IMG/VR virus record: IMGVR_UViG_3300045988_165319
Span: 1-31,874 of that record
Length of the DNA stretch: 31,874 bases
Strand: one strand, 5' to 3'
Source of the DNA: a virus
Position numbers and translations under genes: made by a program. Every line of letters begins with the position of its first letter. The stretch's first letter is position 1. Below, piece after piece: positions 31,816 through 31,874 of the stretch. The notes beneath the pieces were generated by a model, which did no database searches, was not told the DNA's origin, and saw only the letters and a program-made list of their open reading frames with translations.

Positions 31816-31874
<59 letters not shown>

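Overview
The window reads as a complete ~31.8 kb genome of a tailed dsDNA phage, probably circularly closed or carrying a terminal overlap. Both window ends lie inside the same (TAG)n tract, and a 189-bp direct repeat occurs near both ends. The gene content is siphovirus-like: tape measure, Dit, Tal, major tail protein, HK97-fold capsid, SPP1-like portal and large terminase. The host is probably Gram-positive, judging from strong AAAGGAGG ribosome-binding sites and a CHAP+SH3b endolysin. No integrase, repressor, tRNA, CRISPR array or reverse transcriptase is visible. There are three transcription blocks. (1) A plus-strand early block, 174-15251, holds about 27 mostly uncharacterised genes. Recognisable among them are a replisome-organizer-type initiator with internal iterons, a putative small DNA methyltransferase and a VRR-NUC nuclease. 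The block is driven by a family of near-identical sigma70-type promoter/leader modules. (2) A minus-strand late block, 31066-15366, holds head, neck and tail genes and ends with an HNH endonuclease. It is served by a family of extended -10 promoters (TGTTATAAT). (3) A minus-strand block, 3619-698, holds a ParB-domain/DNA-MTase fusion, the endolysin and a holin-like protein. The most unusual sequence-level signals are as follows. (a) Two 189-bp direct repeats, each containing an intrinsic terminator, flank a short cassette made of the (TAG)n microsatellite plus a promoter-equipped 118-aa ORF. (b) A ~50-bp G-rich element is repeated three times at operon boundaries, always just downstream of a terminator hairpin, and shares an 11-mer with the 189-bp repeat. 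(c) Exact DnaA-box 9-mers sit upstream of three early promoters. (d) A conserved early leader hairpin pairs with the tandem AUGAUG start codons. (e) A highly structured ~560-bp non-coding region lies between the divergent MTase and early operons. (f) Two tandem receptor-binding-protein-like paralogs share recombinogenic 5' ends. (g) The head-gene order is non-canonical and no small terminase is recognisable. All functional calls rest on motif recognition by eye; no database search was run.
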